From Octopus bimaculoides (lineage: Eukaryota), in the NCBI RefSeq assembly GCF_001194135.2, contig NC_068982.1:167946439-168010020 (forward strand): a stretch of DNA of 63,582 nucleotides, read 5' to 3'. Positions within the stretch are counted from its first letter, which is position 1. Every line of letters starts with the position of its first letter. The notes below the pieces were generated by a model, which saw only the letters and a program-made list of their open reading frames with translations, was not told where the DNA came from and ran no database searches. Positions 12,995 through 26,823 of the stretch are shown here, piece after piece. The position numbers were made by a program, and so were the translations under genes.

Positions 12995-13789
12995 GGAGAA
13001 GGAGTGGCTGTGTGGTAGAAACTTTTCTAACAACGCTAAGAGTAAAAAATGTTTTATATGACACATTCTACGAATGCTCGAAGTTTGAAAGTGTTTAGTT
13101 ACTAAAAATTAATTTCTCGATCTGCCGATGAAAGTGAAAAAATCCTAAATATGATCAAGAATTTTGATTTATGGTTTCTCTTCATGATCTCTCTTGAAAT
13201 CTTGAAATTTCATATTACGTCATATTTCGAAGAAGGGACAATGAATTACTGTTGAAAATAAAAGAAGCCTGTAAAGCTCTTAATTATCCAAGATACCACC
13301 GAAAGAAACTGACTCAAATAGCTACATTTCTCTGTATCTGGTGTTGTTAAATGACATGCAGTGCTGTCCGAATGAATCCTTTGTCCAGAACAAGTATAAG
13401 AAATATTTCTAATATAACCTATAGTGCTAGCATGCCTAAACAATGGATATTAATGGCTTATTCCCATTAAACTTGCAGAAGATGCAAACATTAAGTATCT
13501 GACAAATCTATTTAAATCAAAATTAATGAGAAATGTAGCATATTTGAATAAGGTTAGTTTATAAATTTACAATTTTATCGATAATCAAAGAAACCCTTAA
13601 GTTACCAACCAAATGTTTAAATAATAACACTGTGCAACAAAATTTTCATTTTTATTTATTGTCTTTGGTCAATTTCCAATATTTCCTATTTGATTCTATC
13701 TAGAAATCAAAGGAAATTACTACTATTCCCTTCAAACATATTTTTTGTGACGTGGATATCAATGTTTTTAAACGAACCTATTTTCTATC

Positions 13790-13920
13790 AAATGTCAGAC
13801 AGATTTCGAAATGATGGAATGCAAAGTGGACGTTGACGGAATTTGAACTCAGAACAGAATAGCGAACGAAATAGTGCTAAGCATGTTGTTCAGCATCCTA
13901 GCGATTCTACCAGCTTGTAG
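13790..13920 (-). mobile_element. tRNA-derived SINE, family C, degenerate
   Basis: GGAATTTGAACTCAGAAC (reverse complement of B-box GAGTTCAAATTCC) and downstream similarity to the other family C copies. Confidence 0.7.
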
Positions 13921-14669
13921 CATTTATAAAGTTAATAATCAAAATAATTTAGATCACAATCAAGTATATCATCGCAATCTAGATAATTAATTCTATATAT
14001 TGGTATATATTTATAACACTCCAGAACATTTGCTAAAATGGAATTAACTTTGTCTTTTTATTTCCCTTGTTTCATTGTGGTTTATATTAACATATTCTCA
14101 TCTCAGATATCATATGAAGTGGCATTGAAGTATCAAAAGTTGTGTAGATTATAATGTCAATGATTTGAACGTCACATATGCATACTCACATATTCACGCA
14201 TGCACGCGCACACACTCACTCACATACATGCATGCACACACACGCACGCACGCACGCACGCACGTACCCACACATACGCTCATATATTTACATACACATA
14301 GGTATGAAGTACATATACATGCACAGATGAGAAAATACAAATATGCAATTATTTATAAATGCATTTAGACCTCCGTACGTATATGATGTACGTATGTATT
14401 CTGCTACAGAAAATTATTGAGAAATGAATATTTAATAAACATACATGCATACAAACATACATTTACATATGCTTATTTATATATCATAATGTAAGTGTCG
14501 TATTGCAAACATTATCTGATGTAGAATATGATACGTGCGATAAAGTGAATATATAGAAAAATTATATCAAAATTTCACTGTCAACATTCAGTTTCATCCT
14601 AAACTTTTTTACAACTCTTCACAATCATACACTCATGTATATACATGTATGTATCTGTGTGTATATACT

Positions 14670-15010
14670 CGAACTCGACTGACGAAAGAAAACTCCGAAT
14701 GACCCATCCTTGTTTTGTCTTGTTACTTTTTCTACCATCTAACTGTCTGGATGTTTTGTTGTCCCTTTTTGTATCATCTGTCTGAATGTTTTGCGTCCTT
14801 GTCCCATTTTGTATTCTTTTTATATACATATAGCTGCGTAAGTTGTTACGATCAGGGAAATTCTTGGCTAAAAAAGGGGTGAACTTCTGAGCGCAACAAC
14901 AGAATTGTACAATCAGTGAATTAACAATCAAAGATGAAATTATGTAACGAAATGTATAATATCCAACGAATTTCATGTCCATTTCTCGATTGTTCAAATT
15001 TATGTTGTAA
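14670..15010. repeat. Probable dispersed repeat fragment (unclassified)
   Basis: Recalled as part of a common octopus repeat that also includes 15880-16247; there is no in-window overlap to verify this. Confidence 0.3.
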
Positions 15011-15879
15011 ACGGTTCGCATGCAGCTCTCTCTCGTATTTCGAACTATCCACGCAATGCCGTTGCTGTATTCTGAACTCCCCCGTTCGATTTTCCTTCTT
15101 CCCTTTTTAAGAAGGAATCAACGAGATTACCCGTCACGCTCGTTAACAGGAAGTAAACGAGATTACCTGTCTCGTTCCTTGCTCACTTCCTGTATACATA
15201 TATATATATATATATATANNNNNNNNNNNNNNNNNNNNNNNNNNNNNNNNNNNNNNNNNNNNNNNNNNNNNNNNNNNNNNNNNNNNNNNNNNNNNNNNNN
15301 NNNNNNNNNNNNNNNNNNNNNNNNNNNNNNNNNNNNNNNNNNNNNNNNNNNNNNNNNNNNNNNNNNNNNNNNNNNNNNNNNNNNNNNNNNNNNNNNNNNN
15401 NNCATACATACATACATACATACATACATACATACATACATACATACGTCATTTCAACTCTGCCAAAAAAAAAAGGTCGTTATATATCTTTCATCACAAA
15501 CGCTTATCTCTCCTCAACCAGATTCTGAAGCTTCATTCAGAAAACATTGTAAGTTCTCTTCCTTCATTATATTTTCTCGTTATTTGCACTGACTATAAAT
15601 ATACATAACAACGTACACTTTGGTCTCTTATATGTAAGTACAGATATATATATATATATGAATTTTGTACGACTCTATTTTTCTTTCATTCTTTCTGTCT
15701 TTCTTTCTAGCAGTCCCTTCAAACTTACTTCGTTCTTTCCACTCATTTTTCTTTCGCTCCCCCTCTCTCACATTTCCTGGCCTTCCCTTCATTCACACCT
15801 TCCCTCCTCTTTCACTTCAGTCTGTTCCTTCTCGTCTTTTTCTCGTCCCTCCCTATTTTTTCTATACCTCTGCCTCTAC

Positions 15880-16247
15880 CTCTCTCCTCTCCTTCCACGT
15901 GACCGGTGTTCGATCAAGCGTGACGTTTCTTTCTTGGTTCGACTACCATTCGTGCAACATCTATATTCTTTCCCATGCCCGTCATCTCTTATGTCCCTGC
16001 CGTAAGGCTTTACCTCAACACACGCCAGCGTAATTTAATTCGTCCTTAGTCGAAAGACAGCTGTTGTTAATGTTCTGTTGTTTGCAATTGTATTTGTGTA
16101 CCATTTCTCCGTTTTTTTTTCGTCCTTGTTTTCGTATACACTCGCTGCTTTCTTCCGAGGAATCTAGTGCTTAGATTTTCTTTGGGGCTGGCCAAATTGG
16201 AGCAGTCTCGAGTATAACCAGCCGAAAGTGCAAAGATAATCTGAAAC
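15880..16247. repeat. Probable dispersed repeat fragment (unclassified)
   Basis: Recall only (GGCCAAATTGGAGCAGTCTCGAGTATAACCAGCCGAAAG); truncated by the gap. Confidence 0.3.
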
Positions 16248-16545
16248 NNNNNNNNNNNNNNNNNNNNNNNNNNNNNNNNNNNNNNNNNNNNNNNNNNNNN
16301 NNNNNNNNNNNNNNNNNNNNNNNNNNNNNNNNNNNNNNNNNNNNNNNNNNNNNNNNNNNNNNNNNNNNNNNNNNNNNNNNNNNNNNNNNNNNNNNNNNNN
16401 NNNNNNNNNNNNNNNNNNNNNNNNNNNNNNNNNNNNNNNNNNNNNNNNNNNNNNNNNNNNNNNNNNNNNNNNNNNNNNNNNNNNNNNNNNNNNNNNNNNN
16501 NNNNNNNNNNNNNNNNNNNNNNNNNNNNNNNTATATATATATATA

Positions 16546-16729
16546 AAGAGTATTAACCCATAAACCGGTCTACAGATGTTGATTTATGCTGGATAGTGGT
16601 GCTGAGTTCCCCTGTTCGAAAATATAGGGTCACAGACATTGTGTTCTTATATTTTTCGGACACGGGACCACAGCACACTCATCCAGCACAAAGCAACATC
16701 TGTGGACCGATTTCTGGGTTGTTGCTCTT
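16546..16729. repeat. Long imperfect palindrome (foldback/MITE-like)
   Basis: 16567-16604 GGTCTACAGATGTTGATTTATGCTGGATAGTGGTGCTG pairs with 16671-16708 CAGCACACTCATCCAGCACAAAGCAACATCTGTGGACC; pairing extends inward to a loop of about 5 nt and outward to AAGAG/CTCTT. Confidence 0.9.
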
Positions 16730-17491
16730 ACCAACACATAGAAGCCGCTCGGCTAGATCGCACTGGTGAGTTCCCGTTCGAAAATATATAATTTTCAAAG
16801 TAACACACAGTTACTGATCTAATAAATAGAAACACTACTACTTCTAAATCTCTCGAAGAGAGATATTCAGTAACAGTATTTTAAAGTAAGTACTATTTGC
16901 CAACATAATGTGGCAGTCCTGGATTGGACGTATGCATGTATACATACATGTATACACACACACACATACATATATACACTCAGACACACACAAACACAGA
17001 CATATACCTGTGATTGTGCATGCAGTTTTTTTTACACTAACATTCGAAAGACTTACACACTTTTCTGGATGAATTCAACGATATTGTTATTAATATTTCA
17101 ACTATAAATATGAAACTTTAGATGTTTACTGTTTATACGTTTCTTTACGGATTTATGATGAAGTACACTGCACCTATTACAATTTTGCGATTTATTTCAA
17201 AGACATTATCGGTCAATTTGAGCAGGACTATGTCTCCACTTTTTGCATAATGATAGACGTTTTTAAACTGAATTTGCAATACAAACATTTAATTTCAATA
17301 AACTATGCATACATACACACATACATATATACCGACAGACAGAAATATATGTGTGTGTGTGTGTGAGTGTGTGTTTGTGTGTGAGTGTGTGTTTGTGTGT
17401 GAGTGTGTGTATGTATATACATCATCATCCTATAACATCAATTTCCTATGCTGGCATGAGTTGCACGGTTTGACAAGAAAAAGGACAAAGG

Positions 17492-17570
<79 letters not shown>

Positions 17571-18299
17571 AACACATGCACACACATACACATATCATTC
17601 AACAATTGTGGTGGAATAAGCCGATAAGCGAAAGTTGTCACCTCAAATTTTATGTACGTATATATGTATGCAAGTAAATATGCATGTATGCATGTAAATA
17701 TGTATGTGTGTATGAATGTATGTAAGTAAATATGTATATATGTGTGTGTGTACCTATCTATCTGTCTGACACTCTATCTGTGTATGTATATGCGTGCATG
17801 TACGTGAGTGTATGTATGTGTATATGTGTATGTGTGTGCGTGTATGTGTACGTGTGTGCGCGCGTGTGTGTGTGCGTTTGTGTTTGAAGGCTAACAGAAC
17901 AGAAATTGCAATAACGCAAATCTCCAATTTCACTTTCAGATTTGTCAGATGGCGGTGATTTAACAAAAGCATGCATTTATATAGATATAATTCAAATTCT
18001 GTTGAACAGTGACAAAATATTTGAAAGCAAATGCGTAATATGATTGGTTGGCGGAAATCAATAGAGCCAGGTTTGGCTATATAGACAAATAAAAACTAAA
18101 AACAAAAATGAAGGAAAAATACAGGCATATAAGGAATTAACGGTCGGAGGAAAAGCAAAAAGACTATATTCTTATAACAAATATACATGTGAAATTACAC
18201 TTATACCAAATGATAATACACATAAATTACCTCAGGAGATATTATCTTCGTGATATTAAAATAACATGATTATATTGCAAAATATACATACATGCATAG

Positions 18300-18359
<60 letters not shown>

Positions 18360-19870
18360 NNNNNNNNNNNNNNNNNNNNNNNNNNNNNNNNNNNNNNNNN
18401 NNNNNNNNNNNNNNNNNNNNNNNNNNNNNNNNNNNNNNNNNNNNNNNNNNNNNNNNNNNNNNNNNNNNNNNNNNNNNNNNNNNNNNNNNNNNNNNNNNNN
18501 NNNNNNNNNNNNNNNNNNNNNNNNNNNNNNNNNNNNNNNNNNNNNNNNNNNNNNNNNNNNNNNNNNNNNNNNNNNNNNNNNNNNNNNNNNNNNNNNNNNN
18601 NNNNNNNNNNNNNNNNNNNNNNNNNNNNNNNNNNNNNNNNNNNNNNNNNNNNNNNNNNNNNNNNNNNNNNNNNNTATATGTATATATGTATATATAATAT
18701 ATGTGCAAATATTAATGCAATGCAACATCTGTTAGTGACTACTTTAGAATATTCCTTTTGTTAAATAAGTTCCCATGTCAATATGATCGGGTTGGGTATG
18801 ATTCAGAACTGTGTAAATGAAAATATATATATATATTTGATCTACTTTTGTTAAAAAGATAAAGATGGGGAAAAATAAAATCAAAAAAAAAAAAAAGAAA
18901 GAAGCAGGGAACGTCGCATATCATGATCGTTTGTCTCGCTAGATATTTCAATCCAAACTCCTGAAATGATGCCTTGCTATCTTGAAAGAAATGGTAGAAC
19001 ACGTTGGATAATCAGGTTAGGAATATAAATGAAATATAAGCTGGTCATTGGTCTCAGATATTGAATATAGATGTAGTGGGATCAGGGCTAGGTGCTAATT
19101 AAGACAGCTACCCAACAATAACGACAGCAGCAGCAGTAGTAGCAGTAGCAGGTATATATTACGCTTAAGATATACAGTCTGCGCCGACCTACAGGAGTAG
19201 TGTTATTGCCTTACACATATTCATCAGAACCGGGGCAGTGTTTTGAACCTAACTCTATTTTGCAGTACATGGATCACATGAATATTTCTCTAATTTTTGT
19301 TTTCATCTTATCAATTTGGGTACAACTATAAACTTAGATACAGAGCAGAAAGGAAGTAACTACAAATTCCCGTTTATATTTTAAAACATTGATTAGGAAA
19401 CAAATATACTTAAGAGAATACTATACTAAATATTTCAACGCTAACAACGAATTTAATTCTCAGTAATTCTAATAGATCGTTATTCAATTTCTATTCGTAA
19501 TTTACTTTTAGTTTTGAGCGGGACGTAAATTAGTTCGTACGTATCCGCTGCTCTCGCAAATATTTGGCTTCCACAGACAAACATCTATACCATTTCAGTA
19601 ATCTGCGTGTCCAACTCCTTCTAAGGCTTTACTCTGACAATTTTTATAACGATTCCATATTTCAATTATATGATCATGGCGCTGAGAGAAACACAATTAT
19701 ATAGGAAATACAATTAAAGTTTTCGTATGGATACGTTCGAAATGTGAGCTGAAAAGTTTATAATTTTGATTGCGTTGGGATATTTCTTGTATATTTCATG
19801 TATGTATGTATGTATGTATGTATGATTTCTAACTTAGACCCAAGGCTCTTTCATTGGCTATACATACATG

Positions 19871-19929
<59 letters not shown>

Positions 19930-20679
19930 AATAGAAATAAGAGAAATGACACAGAGAGCTCAATGGTATATATTTGAATAATATTAATCATATACTGTTA
20001 TACGACATTGATTCTTTACTTATTTCCGTCTCTAGACGTTGTCCCATAATTACCAAATGACAATTAAGACTAGCTACACTTGAAAAGGGGAGATAATCTC
20101 AAGAATTCAGAATTCTCCAAAGCTGACAATGCTAGTATGAAAATGTCTGGAGATAAGAGGACGCTCGTTGGCAAATGTTCCTAGCTCAATAGCCTTCATC
20201 AGTAAGGCAATTATCCGACCTTATCTCTAGCAGTCAGGGATTTAGACTTATACAAAAAGGAGTAGAGTAACTTCACAGCTTAGGTCAGGTATGGAGGCTC
20301 ACGTTGTTGTAGTGCGTTGCTGCATTCACCATTTTTTGGGATATTCCCGAGTCCTCCGAGGCGACCCATTGTGCAGAGTCCCAGTCAGTCCCGATCTGCG
20401 TGAAATATCTCCTCATCTGCCGTGACCATGTGGCATGTAGTCAACCAACACGAGCCATCAACCCAGTCGGATCCTCGGTGTAGAGAACACAGAAGGCAAC
20501 GTCTAACTCGGAAAATGGAGCAACATGTCTAAAAAGTCGGAGTTGGTGATCCCGAATTGTAATTTTACAGCGTAAGGGAGATTACCCTTCTTTAAGCCAC
20601 TTTTTGCGTTATAAAAGTAAGTATGATACTTTTAAGGATAATTACCCTAGTAACAAGCTATGTCCAAGTAAAACTGTTT

Positions 20680-21310
20680 GATTGATAATTCTATATGGTA
20701 AGCAGATAAAATTCAACCTCCCTTACCATTTTCGTGAACCTATAGATAAGAGTTTCCCCCCAAATTCAAGATACCATTCCATTATCAATCGACACTGAAT
20801 AAGAAGAGGGTTTTCAAACACCAAAATCCTTTCAGAAATCATCTCTTCGCATAACTATAAGTTGATAAATACAAATCCACACAATGAAAATAATAACATT
20901 GATATTAATAACACTAACCATTCTTTGAACGATAATAAACACAACATTAGTATTTCTGATATAAATTCGAATCACATTCATTTCCTTAGCAGTAATTCTA
21001 AGACTAGAAACTCTGTTTATCAATGTAAAATTACTTCCGTTTCAGTATGTCTTTTTTTACATAGGTAGTTCTTCATCTCATTTGTCCAAAAGAATATTTA
21101 AACCATTACTCTACATTTAGACATATCAATAAACGCAACAATACTGGGCTTAGCAAATTAATTTGGAATAGAATATTCTATCTAGATCCTTTCCATACGA
21201 TAAAGGAAAATCCTTTTGTCCGCTCTCTAACGAAGAACAGTATCTCATTCTGTTCTCGTTTAAAGAACGCGTCTAGCGTTGCGAATTTCGTCAAAAACAT
21301 ACCCTTAGTT
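20680..21310 (+). mobile_element. Penelope-like element fragment: linker plus GIY-YIG endonuclease, degenerate
   Basis: Frameshifted translation IDKSFPQNSRYHSIINRH*IRRGFSNTKILSEIISSHN...NSVYQCKITS...FYIGSSSS...NHYSTFRHINKRNNTGLSKLIW...PYDKGKSFCPLSNEEQYLIL. Confidence 0.75.
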
Positions 21311-21344
21311 CCCATAAGTAATTTCTGCCAATCTATTAAATTCC

Positions 21345-21737
21345 ACTTTCATCTGCCTTCTTACATGTCATTTCCACTACATATATCTATTTACACGCTT
21401 TTAAGCTTTATTTCAACTCATCTATTGCACTATATCTCTCCACTCTTCATTTTCTCTTAATTTCTTAGTTTCTCCTCCTCTTTCTCTAAATTGTCTTTGA
21501 CGATAAATCTATTAACGGTTTTTAAAAAATAACTTGCCAGCGTTCCTTTCATCATATACGCGGTAATCACATTCGGTTAAAATGGCTTATTGATGTGTTT
21601 TGTTTCTCTGTTTTCCTTGATGAGATGATTACATTGTTTTACATCATTTTATTCCCTCCGGAACAATACCAATGTTTTCTTCGAAACACGTGTCGGAAGT
21701 ATAAAGATTTGAATAACACCTGCGTTTAGCTCCATTT
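21345..21737. repeat. Unclassified dispersed repeat (family E), copy 2
   Basis: Same orientation as, and collinear with, 12570-12962. Confidence 0.8.
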
Positions 21738-21901
21738 ATTAATTTATTTATGTGATACCAAAACATTTCACTAAACTGTGGAATTTCTACCTTTATAAGC
21801 AGGCTGTAACATACTTGAAACCTATGTGAATTTTTGCTACCCTAGTAACTATTTATTTATTTTTATCGTGTCATCTGTACACATTGAAAAAATACACATA
21901 C

Positions 21902-21950
<49 letters not shown>

Positions 21951-22394
21951 TTAACAGGCTGTGAAAGTTTTCAGAACATTTATCAAGAGAAGGTCTAACA
22001 ACTGTTCCTGGGATATTTTATATATCCATTCATCAGAGACGGTGCGAGACAATGTTTAATAGTTATTGTAGAGAATATATGAAATACAGAGTGAAGAAGA
22101 GGAATGAAAACAGATGTGAGATATGTAAGAATATTGTATCTGCAGTCCCATCATTTAAGCAGAATGGTGTATAGAAAGTTTCCTGTACCTTGTTTGGGAG
22201 TTCCAGTGGTATTTATAATTGGTGTTTATAATTCCAAGCATAGTCTTGTAATCGGTGTTATTCGATATATATAAATATATATACGTATACACACATTCAC
22301 ACACTCGCACTCATATATATGTGTGTGTATGTGTGTATGTATCTAAAATATAGTTATATAATATGTATGAAGTTATATAATATGTATATATATA

Positions 22395-22634
22395 TAAGGT
22401 TGGCCAAAATTCACGCCAAAGTAAATCAAAATTCCATAAATATTTAATATTCAATTTTGAATCCAATTATAACTGTTTAATATTTGAATGCTGTGAGTTA
22501 AAATCACCGTGTTTTTTTTTTGTTGCAACATTTGTCTGTTTATTAGCGAAGACTCATTGTATTTGTAAAACATAAATAAGTGTTGGAATTAAATGGGTTT
22601 TGATTTAATGTCAGGTGACTTTTGGCCAACTCTG
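22395..22634. mobile_element. Tc1/mariner-type MITE (about 240 bp)
   Basis: TIRs TAAGGTTGGCCAAAATTCAC (22395-22414) and GTGACTTTTGGCCAACTCTG (22615-22634), 16/20 complementary; TA on both sides; AT-rich non-coding interior. Confidence 0.75.
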
Positions 22635-23135
22635 TATATATAAAATATAATACAATATAGTATAATGTAATGTAATGTAATGTAATATAATATAATATAA
22701 TATAATATGATACAATATATATGTATATGTGTGTATGTGTGTGTATATATATATATATNNNNNNNNNNNNNNNNNNNNNNNNNNNNNNNNNNNNNNNNNN
22801 NNNNNNNNNNNNNNNNNNNNNNNNNNNNNNNNNNNNNNNNNNNNNNNNNNNNNNNNNNNNNNNNNNNNNNNNNNNNNNNNNNNNNNNNNNNNNNNNNNNN
22901 NNNNNNNNNNNNNNNNNNNNNNNNNNNNNNNNNNNNNNNNNNNNNNNNNNNNNNNNNNNNNNNNNNNNNNNNNNNNNNNNNNNNNNNNNNNNNNNNNNNN
23001 NNNNNNNNNNNNNNNNNNNNNNNNNNNNNNNNNNNNNNNNNNNNNNNNNNNNNNNNNNNNNNNNNNNNNNNNNNNNNNNNNNNNNNNNNNNNNNNNNNNN
23101 NNNNNNNNNNNNNNNNNNNNNNNNNNNNNNNNNNN

Positions 23136-23170
<35 letters not shown>

Positions 23171-23559
23171 GAAAACATACATTCAAACATATATCCTATA
23201 TCCTATATGCTTATTACAATAACAAGTACGCATTTGCATTTCTATATTCATCTATTTACATTTATCTAAACGATATTAGTAAACCCATCCGTTTTTCCTC
23301 AAATGTGTATGTTTCTTCATATATCCTTCTACATTTTTCTGTCTAAATATTTGACGACATATCGACATTTTTTATCTATTTATCTAAATATTTGCTTTTA
23401 TATTTATCTATATCTATTTACTTGTATGAATGGCTTTTGAACATAAGAAAAGTAATTCATCATTTGATGAAAATCTAACTTCAAAATCAGCTTTAAGAAT
23501 TAAATGGATTGAATTGTAATTTTCCCACTTATTGTTCTTTGAACTAATACGCCTTGATA

Positions 23560-24480
23560 GAATATTGAAGTTTCGAGCCAAAATCTCTTCGCCTGATTAT
23601 TTTGACGGAAAATATATCGTTATCATAGCTAATTCGTTTCAAACGATATACGCAACGGCTGTTCTTCTGGCATCCAGAATATCATCAGTGGCTACTATGG
23701 ACTGAAATATTTCCTGGATCTGAAGAGAATATCGAGTTTTTCGTTTGTTGTCTTAGCTATGCCAAGGATCTGTTTTTACAAGGAGAGATCCTCGGTGAAA
23801 TTGAGGTTCAACTTTTGAGACATATGTGACTGGTGTAGGTGAATGCTGCTTACGTTCTGTGGTTGTTAAGTTCAGCGTTGTTTTCTTGATATGAGTAGTG
23901 TTTGGATTTTTCTGTTCAATGAGAAAGAGTTCGGCATGTCTCCATCGAAGGATGCTATGTAGGTCTCTGCATGTTGGAGATGCTAGGTATTGAGGATGCT
24001 ATGTAGGTCTCTGCGTGTTGGAGATGCTAGGTATTGAGGATGCTATGTAGGTCTCTGTGTGTTGGAGATGCTAGGTATTGAGGATGCTGCTACGTGTGGG
24101 GGAGATGCTAGATGTTGTTGGTGTTGCAGAAAGTAGGTCATCAATGTATATATGGAAGAAGAATGGGGAACAAAAACTAGTCCTGGAGAACACAAAGCTT
24201 GATAGAACACTGGGACAGAAAGAGTTCCCTTACATGTACTAGTGGTTCGATCTGATAGGGATCTACGGATCCATGAGTTGAGATGTGCATGGATTCCTCA
24301 GTAAGAAAATTGGATCGGAGATTTGCTTGAAAGACATGATAGAAGGCTTTGTTGATTAGAATAACAAGATTGCTTTCATTGAACATCTTTGAAACGAAAG
24401 CTAACCGTTGAGTGACATAACAGAGTAAGCTCTCCAGTGGCTCTGAGGAAATTGTCTTGTTAATCACTAATGGAAGAGAT
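23560..24480 (-). mobile_element. CR1/L2-group LINE reverse transcriptase fragment, degenerate
   Basis: CYVTQRLAFVSKMFNESNLVILINKAFYHV (decayed DISKAFD region), decayed GVPQGS/LFLIYIND region near 24150-24200, and KQILGIAKTTNEKLDILFRSRKYFSP. May extend to about 25100. Confidence 0.65.
23951..24082. repeat. Tandem repeat, 3 x 44 bp
   Basis: Unit GATGCTATGTAGGTCTCTG[C/T][A/G]TGTTGGAGATGCTAGGTATTGAG, followed by a diverged partial copy. Confidence 0.95.
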
Positions 24481-26823
24481 AGAAAGGGGGAAGGAGAGAG
24501 AGATAGACAAAGTTATTCAAGGTGCTGGAAAACAAAACCATTATTCTTCATGACTATTTCCCTTACCTTACCTTAAAGATGTTAGAATTGAGTGCAATAG
24601 TTTGGCTATAAAGAATGTTTTCTACCGCCAGATAATGGAAAAAATTATGTGTTTTACATAATCTATCAAGAAGTGAAATTAATGATTGTTAGAATAGAGT
24701 TATCTGTTTTCCGAAGAAGAAAAATGCATTTGACAGGATACCATCGGCACTTGGCGGCCGTTTTGTGATATCCACCATTAGCAGATTGCTCTTTAAGTCA
24801 GTATTCAAAATTTAGTCCTTTGATTGTAGACTTTGAGCAGTTTCGGGCTGAAGATTTTAAGAACATAGAATGAGGATGTGTTATCTATATTATGTGGCTT
24901 AAACCATATTAAACACTTGAGTGTGCTACTACAAGTAAGTAGATGATCTAAAGTATATAGTTCGTGGTAACAATCCCACATTAATGCCATCATAACACTT
25001 TTGCAATTCAGTTTTACCAAAAATATGATATACATACTGAATACACGCTTAGAATTTAATATTGCTTGTATGATGTTCTTCACAGATGGAAATATTGCTC
25101 GATTCAAAAATTACAAATATTTTGTCAGTTTGTGCAATCAATACTGTTTACTGTAGAATGAAGGCACAAGACATACTTTTGCCATCACATATGCGAAAGG
25201 ACTATATGAATGTATTAGTGGCACTGAAACGCAACTATCTGCTAGAGTCCCTATTACGATAAAATCATGTCACCAAGACACGTTTTTAATCTGAAAGATT
25301 ACGTTCCAGGGGATTACATTCTTTTATTCATCCAATAATGAATGTAAAGCAAAGGAATGTGGCTTAACAGAAAAATTCGACAAAACAAACATACAATTCC
25401 AGGGATTGAAACGTTCCGTGGTTTTGTTTCTCTCTCAGAAAAAAGATTGTACGTGAAAATAATTGCAAGAGAAAAAGAAGCAAAAATAGTTTGGCAACAA
25501 AACAAGAAAATGATACCTAGATTGAGGAAGTGAAAGGAATTATCGCAGCTGTCGATAAATGGTGGTGATTGGTATGCATCCTTGAAACATATCTTGATAT
25601 TTTTAAAGACAATTTCAGTTTCTTCATACGTAAATGTTCTTGTCCATTCACGTATACAGATGTTTTGGTACTGTATTCATCAAACCTTCATATTGTGGTG
25701 CACGCAATGACAACCACACGAAGGTATTATAATCTTATATTGCATAAATATAATAAGAATCACAAATCTTAAAACAAACTTAGAAAACCCTCACATACCA
25801 AAGTAAAAGGAGCCTTCAGAAGAAAAGCACCTATCGAAGTTAAGGCTGGATGGCACCTGTGGTTTTACTTGGCGACCTACTAGAAATGGCTGCTTTAGCA
25901 ACTCCGATACCGACTCAACTTAATAAAAGAAAAACATAAGAATAACGTTAGTAGTAGCATGCAACAATCTTTGAGAACCACTGTCGACTTTGTTCCTTTA
26001 ACTGCTATAATATTGGTTCCCATGTATTCTTCAGAACAAAATTTAACACACAGAATGTTAAAGGTGTATATGGAAATAACAAAAAAAGAAAACGAAAACA
26101 ATTGGAATATATTTCAAGGATAGCTCTTACGATTTTGTAAAGTAAATGTTTGAAATAAAATTTTCTCTAAAAGTGTTCGTATGCGGCAAGAGTTGCATTT
26201 ACCTTAAACTTGCAGACAAGTGAGCTTTCAAAAGACCCCGTGATAAACAAAAAGTTATGGTTATGTTAGTGGATTTCAATGCCTAGCCCCCAAATTGTAA
26301 GTGCTATTTCTCTGGAGCAAAGGGTGTAAAAATATGAGGCATTCTATGAATTATTCTTGAGGTAATATATTTAATAAATTTGAAGAAAATCTGAATCGTG
26401 TTATGAAGTTTATTTCGCTTCAAATAATACAAGCAGAATGCACCCGTGGTTCTGTTTCTGTGTAAAAGTGGAAATCTGTGCACCATCCCTTTTGATCTCT
26501 TTGAATTGACTCGTGGATTGAATGATCTTTATTCATTGTTGCTGCAAAGCCCAATTAGGGTAGGACCTTGCTCTGTGAATATCCTACAAGCCTCTGCTGT
26601 CTGTCTTTGCAGCCTTATACGTGCCTGTCACTACTGTAACATTTCATCATCATTTTCCTTTTCTTATCACTGGATTCTTCAATTCAGTCAAGAAACTTCT
26701 CTTGAGTGTCAAGATCGTCAAACGTCTGCTACTCAGATATCAGGGAAGGCTGGTACATTTTTCTTATTTTACTGATGAACAGGTTTACATTCTTAGGCGA
26801 AAGTACTCATATTTTGTGTGGTG

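Noticed and set aside
26446-26775. 109-aa ORF as a host gene
   Set aside because: No recognisable domain or splice context; kept only as part of the unidentified flank finding.
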